A DNA stretch of 64,000 bases. Origin: an uncultured Planctomycetaceae bacterium (GTDB taxonomy: Bacteria; Planctomycetota; Planctomycetia; Isosphaerales; Isosphaeraceae). The position numbers and the translations under genes are program-made. Shown in pieces: positions 51,027 to 61,629 of the stretch. The stretch's first letter is position 1, and each line of letters opens with the position of its first letter. The notes beneath the pieces were generated by a model, which saw nothing but the letters and a program-made list of their open reading frames with translations, made no database searches and had not been told where the DNA came from. The stretch is from contig CAWIAD010000002.1 in NCBI GenBank assembly GCA_963833985.1, positions 2,048,001-2,112,000 on the forward strand. The letters are read 5' to 3'.

Positions 51027-52100
51027 TCACCTGCTTGAATCCGCAGGACGTGAAGTGGCAATCAGACGAGCTTCGCCGGAGATGCTCGTAGATACAACGT
51101 GCCACCTACGCTGATCGTCTGTCTCATCCTCGTCGATAGTCAACATTGCTGGCCATTCTCCATCCAACTCGCGGGTCAATCTGTCCTCCATGTCTTGTTT
51201 TCCGAGGACGCTTTGCCAGAGCTCCTCACCTGGATTGAATAACTGACCCAGTGCGTCTATTGCCGGTTGCCCACCGAGAAGGTGTTCAAGGAGCGACAGT
51301 CCTACAACTGGCTCGCCTGGCACGAAAGGCTCCCCTTCGGAATCACCGAGTGGAGTGGGACGTGACCACAATCGAGTGGAAAGCTCCCAGAGACCTGATC
51401 GGAAGGTTGCCCAAGACAAAGCGATTATGTCCATATGGCAACGAGTAACAAGCACCTGATCCAAGGGGACCGGCGAGTCCGGCGAAACAGGCTTAATTAT
51501 TGATTCTGCTGGAGCCGCGGAGTCGGAGAGTGGCAAGAGCCGAACGGAGTCTGGAAGACCACGGCGTAGTGTTTCAGCAGGAGTCCAAGTCAGGCACTGT
51601 TGATACCAGTCCAACATTTCACCCTGAAGTCGATGGACTCCGAGCTCGACAAGGTCACGCAATCGCAAACGAGGAAGTACCGGAAGCATCACTTGGCGTT
51701 CCGGCCAATAGCAGAGCAGTCGCCGTGTGCGACGCCAGATGGGAGGGCCTACGTCCTCGGAGCTGAAACGTGGGGCCCCTTTGGGGATGGTCCACCGACC
51801 GGCTGAATCAACTGTCAGGCCCCCGAGAAGTTGAATGTTGCCTAGAATCAGTTCTACTACCGGGTCCGGAAGATGAAGCAGTACTGCGATCTGCTCTGAT
51901 GTTGGCTGACCGAGGAGCGAAACCGCTTCTTGGATGAAACCGCGGAGCGGGTTATGAGGCGGTGGAGATCCTGCGAGGATAGGGGTTTCGAATAGAACGA
52001 CGTCGAGCGGGTCCGGGGCAATCGCCAAGATCATGCGGCCCACGGTCTCGTCTACTTTCCGAAGAAGTCGCTCTACTATCCGCCAACGCTCCGGTCGCAT
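51027..52100 (-). CDS. Hypothetical protein with N-terminal winged HTH
   Basis: PTSEQIAVLLHLPDPVVELILGNIQLLGGL..GRWTI; starts 3 bp after the helicase stop. Confidence 0.65.
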   Translation of the reverse strand: MRPERWRIVERLLRKVDETVGRMILAIAPDPLDVVLFETPILAGSPPPHNPLRGFIQEAVSLLGQPTSEQIAVLLHLPDPVVELILGNIQLLGGLTVDSAGRWTIPKGAPRFSSEDVGPPIWRRTRRLLCYWPERQVMLPVLPRLRLRDLVELGVHRLQGEMLDWYQQCLTWTPAETLRRGLPDSVRLLPLSDSAAPAESIIKPVSPDSPVPLDQVLVTRCHMDIIALSWATFRSGLWELSTRLWSRPTPLGDSEGEPFVPGEPVVGLSLLEHLLGGQPAIDALGQLFNPGEELWQSVLGKQDMEDRLTRELDGEWPAMLTIDEDETDDQRRWHVVSTSISGEARLIATSRPADSSR

Positions 52101-52103
52101 CCG

Positions 52104-55007
52104 CTACACCCGCCACTTGGCTTTCCAGTCCGATGGGACTGGGAGAAAACCGCCACGAGATCTGGAATACTCAAGTAATTTGGACAGGTCGTGGGAGGTT
52201 TTTGCTTCTGAGGCCGTACGGTCGATTCGGTCCTCGGCTCGTTTTACCGTCGAGCCGTCAATCAGCACGATCAATCTAGCTCTGGCTCGAGACAAGGCGA
52301 CGTTGAGACGCTGCCTATTGTCCGCAAAGCCAAAAGCACCTTTGTCATTACTTCGTGTAGACGAAAATATGATCAAATCCTTCTCCTGTCCTTGGAAACT
52401 ATCCACGGTGCCTATCTGCAAGCTGCCTCTAGGAATCAGTTGCTTTAAGACCGCATCATACTCGGCCCTGGCTACCAATTCCTCAACCTGCCGCTTGTAG
52501 GGTGCGATGACGCCGATCGAAAATGGGCCTGAATTGGCACCAGATATTTTATGTTGATGCCAGCAGGGTAATCTGGCAAATGATCGCAGTAGGTGGATTG
52601 TTAGTTCGCATTCGGAAGCATTGAAGAATCCATAGCCCCGCTCATTGGGCTGCTCTGAGGGATCTCTCAGCCACCCCGTGTCAAGTACCAAGAGCCTCGG
52701 TTCCATGGGGAGAAAGGACGGACAAGGGATCGATTGCTCGGACGCATGAGGAAAATCACCCAGCTCTCCCCCATAGAAGTGCGAGACAAAACCGGAGATA
52801 TCCGGATGCATGCGACCTTGCCGGTCCAAGAAGACATAGCGTCCAATTTGCTTAAACGGGCCTTCTAGCTCTTCGAACAAAGAACGCGTCACAATCTCGG
52901 GATCGAGGCCTTCCTCGCTCAAACGGCGTTTCAGTGAATCGTCGGCGTATGGCGGAAGCTGTTGGTGATCGCCGACCAGTACCCAACGCTCGCCTCGAAT
53001 CAGAGGGACTAACAGCCGACGAGCTTCTTCTTTTCCGGCCTCGTCGACGATGACGTAATCGTAGACTGCAGCTCTAACCTCTCGTGTTGCACAACCGATC
53101 GTCGTGGCACACACGAGGTTTGCATTAGCCAGCAGCAGTTCAGAGAAAAAACGCGGGTTCGTTTGTAGAAAGTTCAGCCAGTGCTCTAGAAATCGAAGGC
53201 GATCCTCCGGACTAGTGCCCCGCGTATGCCAATGTTTCCAGGCCGATGCCCTCCCATCTTGACCTGTGACGCTTTCCGCCCACTCTGGGTCTAAGTCATG
53301 TGGCCAAACCGAACGCCATCCCATCTCCGGCAGTTCTCCCTGGGATAACGCCGTTGTCCAGGCATTTTTGTCCTGCTCCGCACCTGCTCCGAGGATGTCC
53401 AACATTAGACGGTCGAGTTTCAATTGCTCACGAGCGGCGAGAGCGTCTCTAGCTACTTGGTCCTCCAATCTTCCCCTATACTCCGTGTTAAGGCAGTCCG
53501 GTGTGCATGCACGCAGATTGTGAGCGATCTTTCGAGTTGATCCGACACGATAAGGCCCGACCCCAAGCTCTGTAAGCAGGTTTACACCTCGTCGAGGTGC
53601 GACGAGCCTCTCGAGGACGTTATCTACTGCGACGTGGGTAGGTGCAACCAGCAAAACTCTGAAGCTGGGAACCTTCCCGTGTGCACGGAAGAGCTGTCTC
53701 AGGATTTCGAGGATCACCGTCGTCTTACCGGTGCCAGGGGGCCCCTGAATCAATACCATGTCCGGACTGAAAACTGCCGCTCGAACGGCTTCCTCCTGGC
53801 GAGGAGAGAGCTGGAAAAGCGGCGGTGTAGGCAACTCTGGCCATGGCTGAGAGATTGGCTCGAGTTTAGATGGTTCTGATAGGATGCCTTGGAGGGTTCG
53901 GACAGAAGTATCATCAGGATCCAACTCATGCTCTGCAATGGCTCGCTGCTGCGGGCCGATTTGCTGGTTTGGATCGAGCACGTCCAAGGCTTCACCGATT
54001 CGCCTCAGCTGGCTGTCTGGCAGGTACAGCTCTGGTTGCAACTTATCGCCATTCTGAAAGCCGTCACATAACCGATCAAGCAAAGCTCGACCCTTCGAAT
54101 CTCGACAACATACCTTGAGGACGAGCTCGTCGGCTTCGACCGTAATAGATTCGATACCGAGAAGGGCAAAATCCTCCCCGACCGTAAGCTTTAACTTATG
54201 GTGCTCCCAGGTCACACCCTCCGGCTTCTCTGCCTCGAGTTGCTCGATCCACTCTTGGACCTCATCTTGTTGCTCTGGGATGAGGACGTAATGCGGCTCA
54301 GTAATGACAGGATCATCCTCACCTAGCTTTTGAAGTCTCGTTACGCCCACCTCGCTCAGATCCTGTTCCAGTTCGCACACGCGTCTCCAAGTTGCTATCC
54401 GTTCTGAAAGCTCCGGGGAATCGCCGTCAAGCTGCCGTCTCACGATCTGGATCTGGTCCGATCTTTCGTGCACGCGGTTTTGCAGCACAACCAGATCTCT
54501 GAGAAGTGCTTCAGCGTTCCCATCCAAAGGAGCCTGGTTATGCCTCCATCTGTCCCACCGAGCGTCGACTCGCCCGAATCCAGAGGGGCAGCCCAGTGTG
54601 TTTCTGCGGACGCACTGCAGAGTCCAGTCGGATTGACCAAGCACGACGACGTCATTGCCGGGAGGGAGTTCTGGATCAAGTAATAACCGAACCTCGATCT
54701 GGCCACCTGCAATCGATCCGATGATAGAGCGACCTTTGTCGGTTGTCGGTTCAATATCAAAAACCTCTATCCCTTTGCTTAGCTCTTGGAGGAATGAATC
54801 TCGGGTCATTCCCAAGGCGAGAAGATCCCTTTCCTTTCGGTCTAGATTGAACACTCGGAACGGCCCGCCAAGAACGGGGGCGACAGCTGCTTGTTCGTCC
54901 TGCAGTAGTCGAAGTACGTCATATTGAGCTGCGGCAACTGAACCACGTAGCAAGTATTGAGACAGGGGAAGGTTGCGAAGACCGGTGGTCACATCAGATA
55001 AGTTCAT
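52104..55007 (-). CDS. Upf1/DNA2-like superfamily 1 helicase
   Basis: QGPPGTGKT, APTHVAVDN, DEAG, GDHQQLPP, RMHP, TVDSFQGQEKD and RLNVALSRAR. Confidence 0.9.
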   Translation of the reverse strand: MNLSDVTTGLRNLPLSQYLLRGSVAAAQYDVLRLLQDEQAAVAPVLGGPFRVFNLDRKERDLLALGMTRDSFLQELSKGIEVFDIEPTTDKGRSIIGSIAGGQIEVRLLLDPELPPGNDVVVLGQSDWTLQCVRRNTLGCPSGFGRVDARWDRWRHNQAPLDGNAEALLRDLVVLQNRVHERSDQIQIVRRQLDGDSPELSERIATWRRVCELEQDLSEVGVTRLQKLGEDDPVITEPHYVLIPEQQDEVQEWIEQLEAEKPEGVTWEHHKLKLTVGEDFALLGIESITVEADELVLKVCCRDSKGRALLDRLCDGFQNGDKLQPELYLPDSQLRRIGEALDVLDPNQQIGPQQRAIAEHELDPDDTSVRTLQGILSEPSKLEPISQPWPELPTPPLFQLSPRQEEAVRAAVFSPDMVLIQGPPGTGKTTVILEILRQLFRAHGKVPSFRVLLVAPTHVAVDNVLERLVAPRRGVNLLTELGVGPYRVGSTRKIAHNLRACTPDCLNTEYRGRLEDQVARDALAAREQLKLDRLMLDILGAGAEQDKNAWTTALSQGELPEMGWRSVWPHDLDPEWAESVTGQDGRASAWKHWHTRGTSPEDRLRFLEHWLNFLQTNPRFFSELLLANANLVCATTIGCATREVRAAVYDYVIVDEAGKEEARRLLVPLIRGERWVLVGDHQQLPPYADDSLKRRLSEEGLDPEIVTRSLFEELEGPFKQIGRYVFLDRQGRMHPDISGFVSHFYGGELGDFPHASEQSIPCPSFLPMEPRLLVLDTGWLRDPSEQPNERGYGFFNASECELTIHLLRSFARLPCWHQHKISGANSGPFSIGVIAPYKRQVEELVARAEYDAVLKQLIPRGSLQIGTVDSFQGQEKDLIIFSSTRSNDKGAFGFADNRQRLNVALSRARARLIVLIDGSTVKRAEDRIDRTASEAKTSHDLSKLLEYSRSRGGFLPVPSDWKAKWRV

Positions 55008-57148
55008 GCTTCGCCCCGCTTTGACAAGCCTACGGCGACTCTAAAGCCGACTGGCACGGTGAAGGCTCCTGTCAAAGGTTCCATTGCCGATCGGTTGACA
55101 AGACCGAAGTCAGCTAGAGGTTTCTCAGGGGACCGGCCACGCACGACACGAAGTGCCTCATCTTCCCTGCTGGAGGTCGCTTCGACAAAAGGATCGAAGA
55201 TGGATGGAAAGCGGCGGTAGGCCTCCTCGTGAAACACATCCATTGTCCACTCGAGCAAGTGGCAGGCACGTATCCCGAACGGCGAAAGAGCACCCTCTAC
55301 CCAAACCTCGCCACTCGGATAACGACGCTCATCCTCTACTCCCCTGACCGCTTTCTCCCACTGTACTTCTGTGGGCAAGTGTCCACCTTCAATCGCCCCC
55401 CGAGCATATGCTTGAGCCGCGAACCAGGTGATATGGCTCGCATATTCATGATCAGTAACTAAATCACCGGGTCGCACCTGTACAGGGAAGAATCCCCGTT
55501 CAACACGTAGTATTCCACCATGCTGCTTTAGCCACCTGTCGAAAGCCTGTTGGGGGACGGGGTCCACATCGATCAAGTAGCTGCTGACGTGGACTCTACG
55601 CATCGGCGAGGTCACGTTGCTGTGATCGTCACCCCGAATGAAGGAACCAGAGGCAACCAAGACCATGAGCCCACCGTCGGATGGTCTCCGGAATCTCAAC
55701 GGCTGGCCTGGCAGGGCCGGGACAGGTTCTAGTCCAAGTTTCTTAACACGGGAGCCAAGGTCATTCGCCAACCTTGATCGTATAGGTTCCCGAGTAAGGA
55801 CACGATCACGGGACTGGAGGATTCGGTCGGTTTGCTTGAGAGTGAATCCTGCCTGGACGTCGAGATGTCGAGTCTGCTCATCCAGCAACCTCAGATCCTC
55901 CTCTTGCCCGAGAAACTCTGCAGCCTGACAGGCAGCGATCAAAAGGACTGGGCGGTTCGGTGATCTGGCGAACAAATCTCGGAGGTAACCACGAAGCCTC
56001 TCCCCCCTCTCTCTGTCTTGATATGTTCCGCGTATGCCCGGTGCTGGCCGAGATGGGAGAGATTGCCCACTGGCGATCATAGCAGCGGTCGATTCAACTG
56101 CCTCTGCTAGCCGATGATCAGAATGAGAGTCAGGCTGCGATCGATCCAGCTCGAGCAACTTCCCGAGGTGGTCGAGGAGCCAGCCGGCAATCCAATCGCT
56201 CGCAGCGGGTTCAGACTTCCAACAAGTTTCAGGATTGGCGGGCACGACCTCTCCGACGCCGATACGCTGGGTGTATATCCTCTCTAAAGCAGCAATCGCA
56301 CCACGGCAGCAATCGGGTGACGACGTAGTCGGTGTCCATTCCGGACCGGACAGCTCGACCTGGAGATAGGGTAAGGCGACTGCACCGATTCGCTCTGCCT
56401 TCATGAGCAGCACGACCTCATGCGGCTCGGGCACCGTTCCATCGCTAAACTCAGAGTGAGCTGCATATGGTGTACCGAGTCTTGGCTCATCCGTGAACAG
56501 GCTGGCAACATAGTTTTGTCGCTGCTTTCCCCGCTGGAACCAAGCGAGGACGAGAGCAATGACGACTGCCGAGTAGAAGGAAGAGAGAAGGAACATCGAC
56601 CACGTCGGCCATGCATCATCCCTGGGGATTCCCAAAACTAACACGAGCTTGCTAAGGACCACTGTCACGGGTGGCAGAGGAGCAACGGCCTGAATTAGAT
56701 TCGTCCGTAAGGCCGGCCCATATGCGGCAAGTCCCAGTGCGGCTAGGAGAACACCAACGAAGATGGAAAATAAGACGACCGCCGTGCAGGGAAATCGCAG
56801 GAGCCACGCGAAATACCTGGAAATCCTGGGGCGTGCACTCGCCCGAAGATCCTCATAAGCGACCTCGGCTTTGAGGTACTTGAGAACTTTGAGGAAGCTG
56901 CAAGTCATGAGCACCGGTGGAACTACGGCGGCGAAGGCCAAGAGAATCAATCCCGGTGTAACGGGCGATCTTCTCTCCGCCGGAAGAACCTGCGAGATGA
57001 GGAAAGCTGCCAAGAAGAGTGCACCCGCAACTCCTAGGTCAGTCCACAAATCAGTGTTCAGCCATTGGTATTTCACCCTTCTCCAATATCTGCCGACAAT
57101 CCGGATGATACGTTCTACAACTGTTTCAGCGTAATTAGGGCGAACCAT
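55004..57148 (-). CDS. Multi-pass membrane protein with C-terminal FGE-sulfatase (C-lectin-fold) domain
   Basis: 4-5 hydrophobic segments in aa ~35-205; GSFIRG, LPTEVQWEKA.RG, SPFG, EW, RVVRG and GFR. Confidence 0.8.
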   Translation of the reverse strand: MVRPNYAETVVERIIRIVGRYWRRVKYQWLNTDLWTDLGVAGALFLAAFLISQVLPAERRSPVTPGLILLAFAAVVPPVLMTCSFLKVLKYLKAEVAYEDLRASARPRISRYFAWLLRFPCTAVVLFSIFVGVLLAALGLAAYGPALRTNLIQAVAPLPPVTVVLSKLVLVLGIPRDDAWPTWSMFLLSSFYSAVVIALVLAWFQRGKQRQNYVASLFTDEPRLGTPYAAHSEFSDGTVPEPHEVVLLMKAERIGAVALPYLQVELSGPEWTPTTSSPDCCRGAIAALERIYTQRIGVGEVVPANPETCWKSEPAASDWIAGWLLDHLGKLLELDRSQPDSHSDHRLAEAVESTAAMIASGQSLPSRPAPGIRGTYQDRERGERLRGYLRDLFARSPNRPVLLIAACQAAEFLGQEEDLRLLDEQTRHLDVQAGFTLKQTDRILQSRDRVLTREPIRSRLANDLGSRVKKLGLEPVPALPGQPLRFRRPSDGGLMVLVASGSFIRGDDHSNVTSPMRRVHVSSYLIDVDPVPQQAFDRWLKQHGGILRVERGFFPVQVRPGDLVTDHEYASHITWFAAQAYARGAIEGGHLPTEVQWEKAVRGVEDERRYPSGEVWVEGALSPFGIRACHLLEWTMDVFHEEAYRRFPSIFDPFVEATSSREDEALRVVRGRSPEKPLADFGLVNRSAMEPLTGAFTVPVGFRVAVGLSKRGEA

Positions 57149-57279
57149 GGATCACTTCCCAAGTCGTATCCCATAAACTTTTAAACCATTCTTCTGAATG
57201 CGATTGCCTGACTTTTTTTGAGGCCCCTGCGTGCCGAACCCGACTCTTCCTCCGTCCAAGGACTCCTGTGCAGCAAGGC

Positions 57280-60200
57280 TCATCTCTCCTTCGTTTTTCG
57301 TCTTCGTCTCGGCCCATCTGTCAGACGAAAGGAGTCAACCTCGGTACGTTCACTTGCCCCTTGTTGGGTATCCAACTCGATGACCGGCTGGGGGAGATTC
57401 TCGTTCAGCGGGATGTCCCAATAGGGGTCATGTTTCTTGGTGAAGGCCTCAAGACCGATGACCTTCAGCTCGTCGAACATGGCCATGCAGAGGTCGGGGG
57501 TCTTGGGGTAGCTCGTGTGTTTGAAGGTCGAGAGTAGGTGGATGTACTGATCGCGTGAGACGCCGTAAGCGGTGGCGACGACGGCGTCGATTGCGGCACG
57601 GACCTGCCATCGCTCATCAACGGAGTCTAGTACGGGCCAGGTCCATGGCCGCCTGTTCGGCTCACGCCAAAAATCGGTGAGTTGCTCACGCCAGAGTTGG
57701 GAATACCCGGCGTGATTGCAGCTTAGACGGAGGGCCGAGTGAGCTATCAAGACCGATAAGTTTCCTGAAGGGACAGGAGTGGCCAGCAACATGAAGAGGT
57801 TCAGATGAGATCTGACGCGTAACTGAAGTAGCCAGTCGAAACAGTAACTATTCAGAATAGCGAGAGCCCAAAGAGCAACGCTGTTAGGCCTATTGAAAGG
57901 TTCTGCCTCGAGCGGAGCAGTGTGCCCTGTCGTTACTCCTGGTGGATGCAAGTTGAATATCGCGACGTTTTCGTCGCCGGGCCCAGCGATATCCCGGAAA
58001 CCGACTCGAAAGTGCCGTGCCCTCCGCAGGATAATCGGCCTATCCTCCAGCTTCCATGTTGCGACCAGATACCTTGGAGCAGCACCCCAGTGATCGTCGT
58101 ATTGCCTAAATGTTTTTCCTTCATGTAGCACAAGGTAGCCGCGTTCGATGACTTGCGTAGCGATCGCAGGATCTCGGGTGTCCTCAGCATTTGGCAGAAT
58201 ATCGATGGTTGGCGTGAATCGCCATGCGTCATCCGTCATGTTAAGTTCTCGACCGAGCCGAATACCCAACCGTTCGCAAACTTGCCCAAATGGTTCTCCA
58301 TGAGCGAAGCAGGTCTCGGCGACTCTCAGATCCTTAGTCGAGCGGAGCTCCAACAGGCTCAGGTAATCGCCACCAGTGCGACGGATGAACCCAATGTCGT
58401 ATTGAAGCGGTTCACGCTCTCTGCGATCACTGAAAAGCCATTCGTCATCGTGTAGATAGAAGGCACAGGAAACGGAGTCCGTTGGGAGTCCTGCCTGAGC
58501 GACGACCGTCGCAAACTTGAAACTCGAATGGATCTCGAAGAGCTTACGGCGGTTCTCAAAGGAGTAGCAGTGCTTTAGGGCCATTCTGCCCAAGTAGAGT
58601 TGTCGAATGCCGGTTGCTCCCTCGTTTGCATGAAAGGCCGACGGCACAACGACACCTGTCCATCCATCAGTCTTCAAGAGCTGTGCGTTTCTCTCGAGAA
58701 AGACGCGGAAAGCATCCTGCTTGCCGATCGTTTTCTCTCCATTGATCTCGACTACCTGAAAGGCGAAGAGCTTGTCGAGAATGTTCTCGATGGAACGAAA
58801 GTCCGACAAATATCGCTCGTATTGAGCCTTGATGCTGAGACTCGACAGCAGTCGTTTCTGAATACCTGCCCGTTCACGCTTGGTTGGAGCATCGAGAATT
58901 GCGAACTCGAATCCAGCGAAGAACTCTTTATCCGCGGGTAACATCCTGTCCCAGGGCGGGTTTCCCAGAACGGCGTGGAAACCCTGACGTCCGTGAGGAA
59001 CGCCGAGCGGATAGAAGACCTCGGGGAAAGTGAGGTCGTAGGACAGAGCTGGAACGCATTGCGGTGAGGTTGCGGCCTTTCGGAAGACTCCACGATCGTC
59101 GGGAACGTCATCGAGCCCCAAACCTCGAGCAATCTGCCGACGGAGGGGGTCCGATTCCAAGGCTTCAGGAAGTCTGCCAGTGTCGCCGATAGTCCTGAGC
59201 AAGTCAGCGTACGAACGGTCATCGCAGTTATCTGTTCCCAGCATAACTCCGCCCGCCCAAGCTGCAGCTGCGATTCGGAACGGAAGTAGGGCCTGATCAA
59301 GTTGGGCCTTGACCGCCTCCTTTTCCTGTACCTCCGCGAGGTCCGACCCGACTGAAGTTTCCAGCCGGCGGACCAGACTGAGGGCCTGATTCAGGACCTT
59401 CTGGAGCTTGGCGTAAATCCCCTGGCTGAAGAGGTCCTCCAGCGGAGTATCCGGTTTGCCGGGTCGAAACAGCAGCTTGTCCCAGAACGGACCAGTCAGC
59501 GAGTCTCCAATGACTAGACGGTGATCGAGGAAGGTCAGCGGCATTCCCTCGGCATGCGACTCCAGCCACAGAGCGAGCTTGGCCAGCTCGACGGCGAGCG
59601 GGTTCTTGTCGACCCCATAAAGGCAGTGCACCGCGACCAAGCGGCGACAAATGGCCTGTGCTCGGGCGGTCGAGACTCCGGGCGATAATGACTTGCTGGG
59701 CAGGTAGCCTGTCACCAGTTCAAGAGCTTCATCCCTGCTCTCTCGAGGTGCGAACTCGGTTTTCGCCAACTCATCATCAGGATCGGGAACGTCAATGATT
59801 CGTTGTCGCCAGCTTTGACCGGCCTCAAAGGCTGCTGCCCGCTTCTCGTCGGTCTTGGCTGACTCGGCCTCTCGTTCCGCTTCCAGGGCTTTCTCATCGC
59901 AGGAACGACACGCTTCGTAGAGCTTCTCCCCGAGGAAACGACAGGCTTCCACGAGGAAATGCCCACTTCCCATGGCCGGGTCGAGAACCCTGAGCTTTAG
60001 GAGCTCGAGCGGATTGGGGTCGTTCTGTGGACTTCGTTCTTCAACCTGCGGCCCGAGCGTCTCCTGCACGAGGAACCGTACGAAGGAATGGGGCGTGTAA
60101 TAGGAGCCACTCGACTTCCGTCCCAGGCCGACTCGCAAGTAAAACCGGCGAGGTGGGATCTCCTCGATCCAGAGGACCTTCGTCTTCTTGGCCCGCCCGT

Positions 60201-61629
60201 TCGATTCCTCCTCTTCGTCGGGCTCGGTTTCGTCATCCTCCGTCTCCAGTCCTTCCGCAAGGTCCTGATCGACGGGACGAGCCGGGCGGTACTTTTCTCC
60301 CTGTGCGAAGGGTACAACCACTTCCAGCTTCTGCCGACGGAGCCGGCACATCGAATCTGTCGAGATCCCGGGGTCGAGCTCGAGCAGGGCCTCGTAGACA
60401 CGCCCGAGGTCCTCGACGTCAAGGGAGCCGTAATGCACTCGCTCTCGGGTCTCGCTCCCGCGTTTCTTCGGGGTCCAGAGCAATCGGTCGAGCAACCATG
60501 CGACGGCCCGCTCTCCCCAGGCACGCTCGGTCAGGATGGGAGTCGCTTCGGGACCGAACAGTTTACCCCCCAGCGGCTTCACCACGAGCTCCGTGCACTG
60601 AAGACCACGCTCGAACATCCGGAACAGGTTGCGGAGCCCCGATTCCAGGAGCCGACCGGTTTCCAGGCCCCGTTCGAGGACATCCCGTGCGTACGCCGAG
60701 AGGGCCATGCTGGGTGAAAACGAGTTCCGCCAAAGGCTCATCGACGCGAAGCTGAACGAACGAGCGGGGTCGTCGCTCGACTCCAGCTTGAGGATAAACA
60801 GAAGCCTGTAGACGGTGATGAGCCCCTCGTGCCAGAGGTTCTTGGCCAGAGCCGACCGGTCGGGGTGAGTGTTGAACCAGTCGCGGTTCTCGGGATGATC
60901 AATGACCTCCTGAATGAATCGCTCAACCGCTTCTCGTGCCTGAACTCGAAGTTCTTTCGTCACCCGAGCCTGCTGAAGTCGGGCTTTGTCCACGATCTCG
61001 GGTAAGGCATTCACTCCCTGGGGGCAGCCAAGTGCCAGAAGAAGGAGGAAGGAATCCGGGATCTCCCGGTGTCGCTTCCAGCCCGGGTCCAAGGAGACGA
61101 TGATCTGAGAGTCGAGCCGGGCAGGATCGGAGATCAGGAGGCGAAGCTCCACCCCGTTCGTGAGAATGCCCATCCTCTCACCGGTTGTGAGGAGCACACG
61201 CTGTGCGATCCGCAGATGACTGAAGCGATAGGCACGTCCCCTCTTGGCAGGGGAGTCCAGATCCTCATTGAACGACGTGGTCCAGACTCGTAGCTTTTCG
61301 CTTCCAGCGGACGAGACCAGGAGATTGCCACCCGACTCAAGGTCTTCGCGAGTCTGTACGTCATCCGTGGCAACCAAGCTCTGGTAACCGAGCAAATCAA
61401 TCAGGGGTTCGATCACTTTGTTTCGAACACGAAGCGGTCCGCCACTCGCGGCGAGTTCTTGAAGATGCCTCCGGTAAACGTCCCATCGGCTGCGGATCTT
61501 CTTCCCCTCGTCCCCAATCTTCTTCGGAATCAGCTTCCGATTGGTGAGTTCCTTCTCCAGCTCGAAGCGGACAAAAGGCTCGGGCAGAGCGGGACCGAGA
61601 AATTGGCAGTCCGACAGGTCAAGAGGCAT
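57280..61629 (-). CDS. Large N6-adenine DNA methyltransferase (DrmMI/type IIG-like)
   Basis: SGSYYTP, LDPAMGSGHFL, YGVDKN, GNPPW; N-terminal GILTNG; TRD-like C-terminus. Confidence 0.9.
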   Translation of the reverse strand: MPLDLSDCQFLGPALPEPFVRFELEKELTNRKLIPKKIGDEGKKIRSRWDVYRRHLQELAASGGPLRVRNKVIEPLIDLLGYQSLVATDDVQTREDLESGGNLLVSSAGSEKLRVWTTSFNEDLDSPAKRGRAYRFSHLRIAQRVLLTTGERMGILTNGVELRLLISDPARLDSQIIVSLDPGWKRHREIPDSFLLLLALGCPQGVNALPEIVDKARLQQARVTKELRVQAREAVERFIQEVIDHPENRDWFNTHPDRSALAKNLWHEGLITVYRLLFILKLESSDDPARSFSFASMSLWRNSFSPSMALSAYARDVLERGLETGRLLESGLRNLFRMFERGLQCTELVVKPLGGKLFGPEATPILTERAWGERAVAWLLDRLLWTPKKRGSETRERVHYGSLDVEDLGRVYEALLELDPGISTDSMCRLRRQKLEVVVPFAQGEKYRPARPVDQDLAEGLETEDDETEPDEEEESNGRAKKTKVLWIEEIPPRRFYLRVGLGRKSSGSYYTPHSFVRFLVQETLGPQVEERSPQNDPNPLELLKLRVLDPAMGSGHFLVEACRFLGEKLYEACRSCDEKALEAEREAESAKTDEKRAAAFEAGQSWRQRIIDVPDPDDELAKTEFAPRESRDEALELVTGYLPSKSLSPGVSTARAQAICRRLVAVHCLYGVDKNPLAVELAKLALWLESHAEGMPLTFLDHRLVIGDSLTGPFWDKLLFRPGKPDTPLEDLFSQGIYAKLQKVLNQALSLVRRLETSVGSDLAEVQEKEAVKAQLDQALLPFRIAAAAWAGGVMLGTDNCDDRSYADLLRTIGDTGRLPEALESDPLRRQIARGLGLDDVPDDRGVFRKAATSPQCVPALSYDLTFPEVFYPLGVPHGRQGFHAVLGNPPWDRMLPADKEFFAGFEFAILDAPTKRERAGIQKRLLSSLSIKAQYERYLSDFRSIENILDKLFAFQVVEINGEKTIGKQDAFRVFLERNAQLLKTDGWTGVVVPSAFHANEGATGIRQLYLGRMALKHCYSFENRRKLFEIHSSFKFATVVAQAGLPTDSVSCAFYLHDDEWLFSDRREREPLQYDIGFIRRTGGDYLSLLELRSTKDLRVAETCFAHGEPFGQVCERLGIRLGRELNMTDDAWRFTPTIDILPNAEDTRDPAIATQVIERGYLVLHEGKTFRQYDDHWGAAPRYLVATWKLEDRPIILRRARHFRVGFRDIAGPGDENVAIFNLHPPGVTTGHTAPLEAEPFNRPNSVALWALAILNSYCFDWLLQLRVRSHLNLFMLLATPVPSGNLSVLIAHSALRLSCNHAGYSQLWREQLTDFWREPNRRPWTWPVLDSVDERWQVRAAIDAVVATAYGVSRDQYIHLLSTFKHTSYPKTPDLCMAMFDELKVIGLEAFTKKHDPYWDIPLNENLPQPVIELDTQQGASERTEVDSFRLTDGPRRRRKTKER

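Noticed and set aside
55004..55700. DGR target (FGE/C-lectin variable repeat)
   Set aside because: No reverse transcriptase and no template-repeat copy seen in the window
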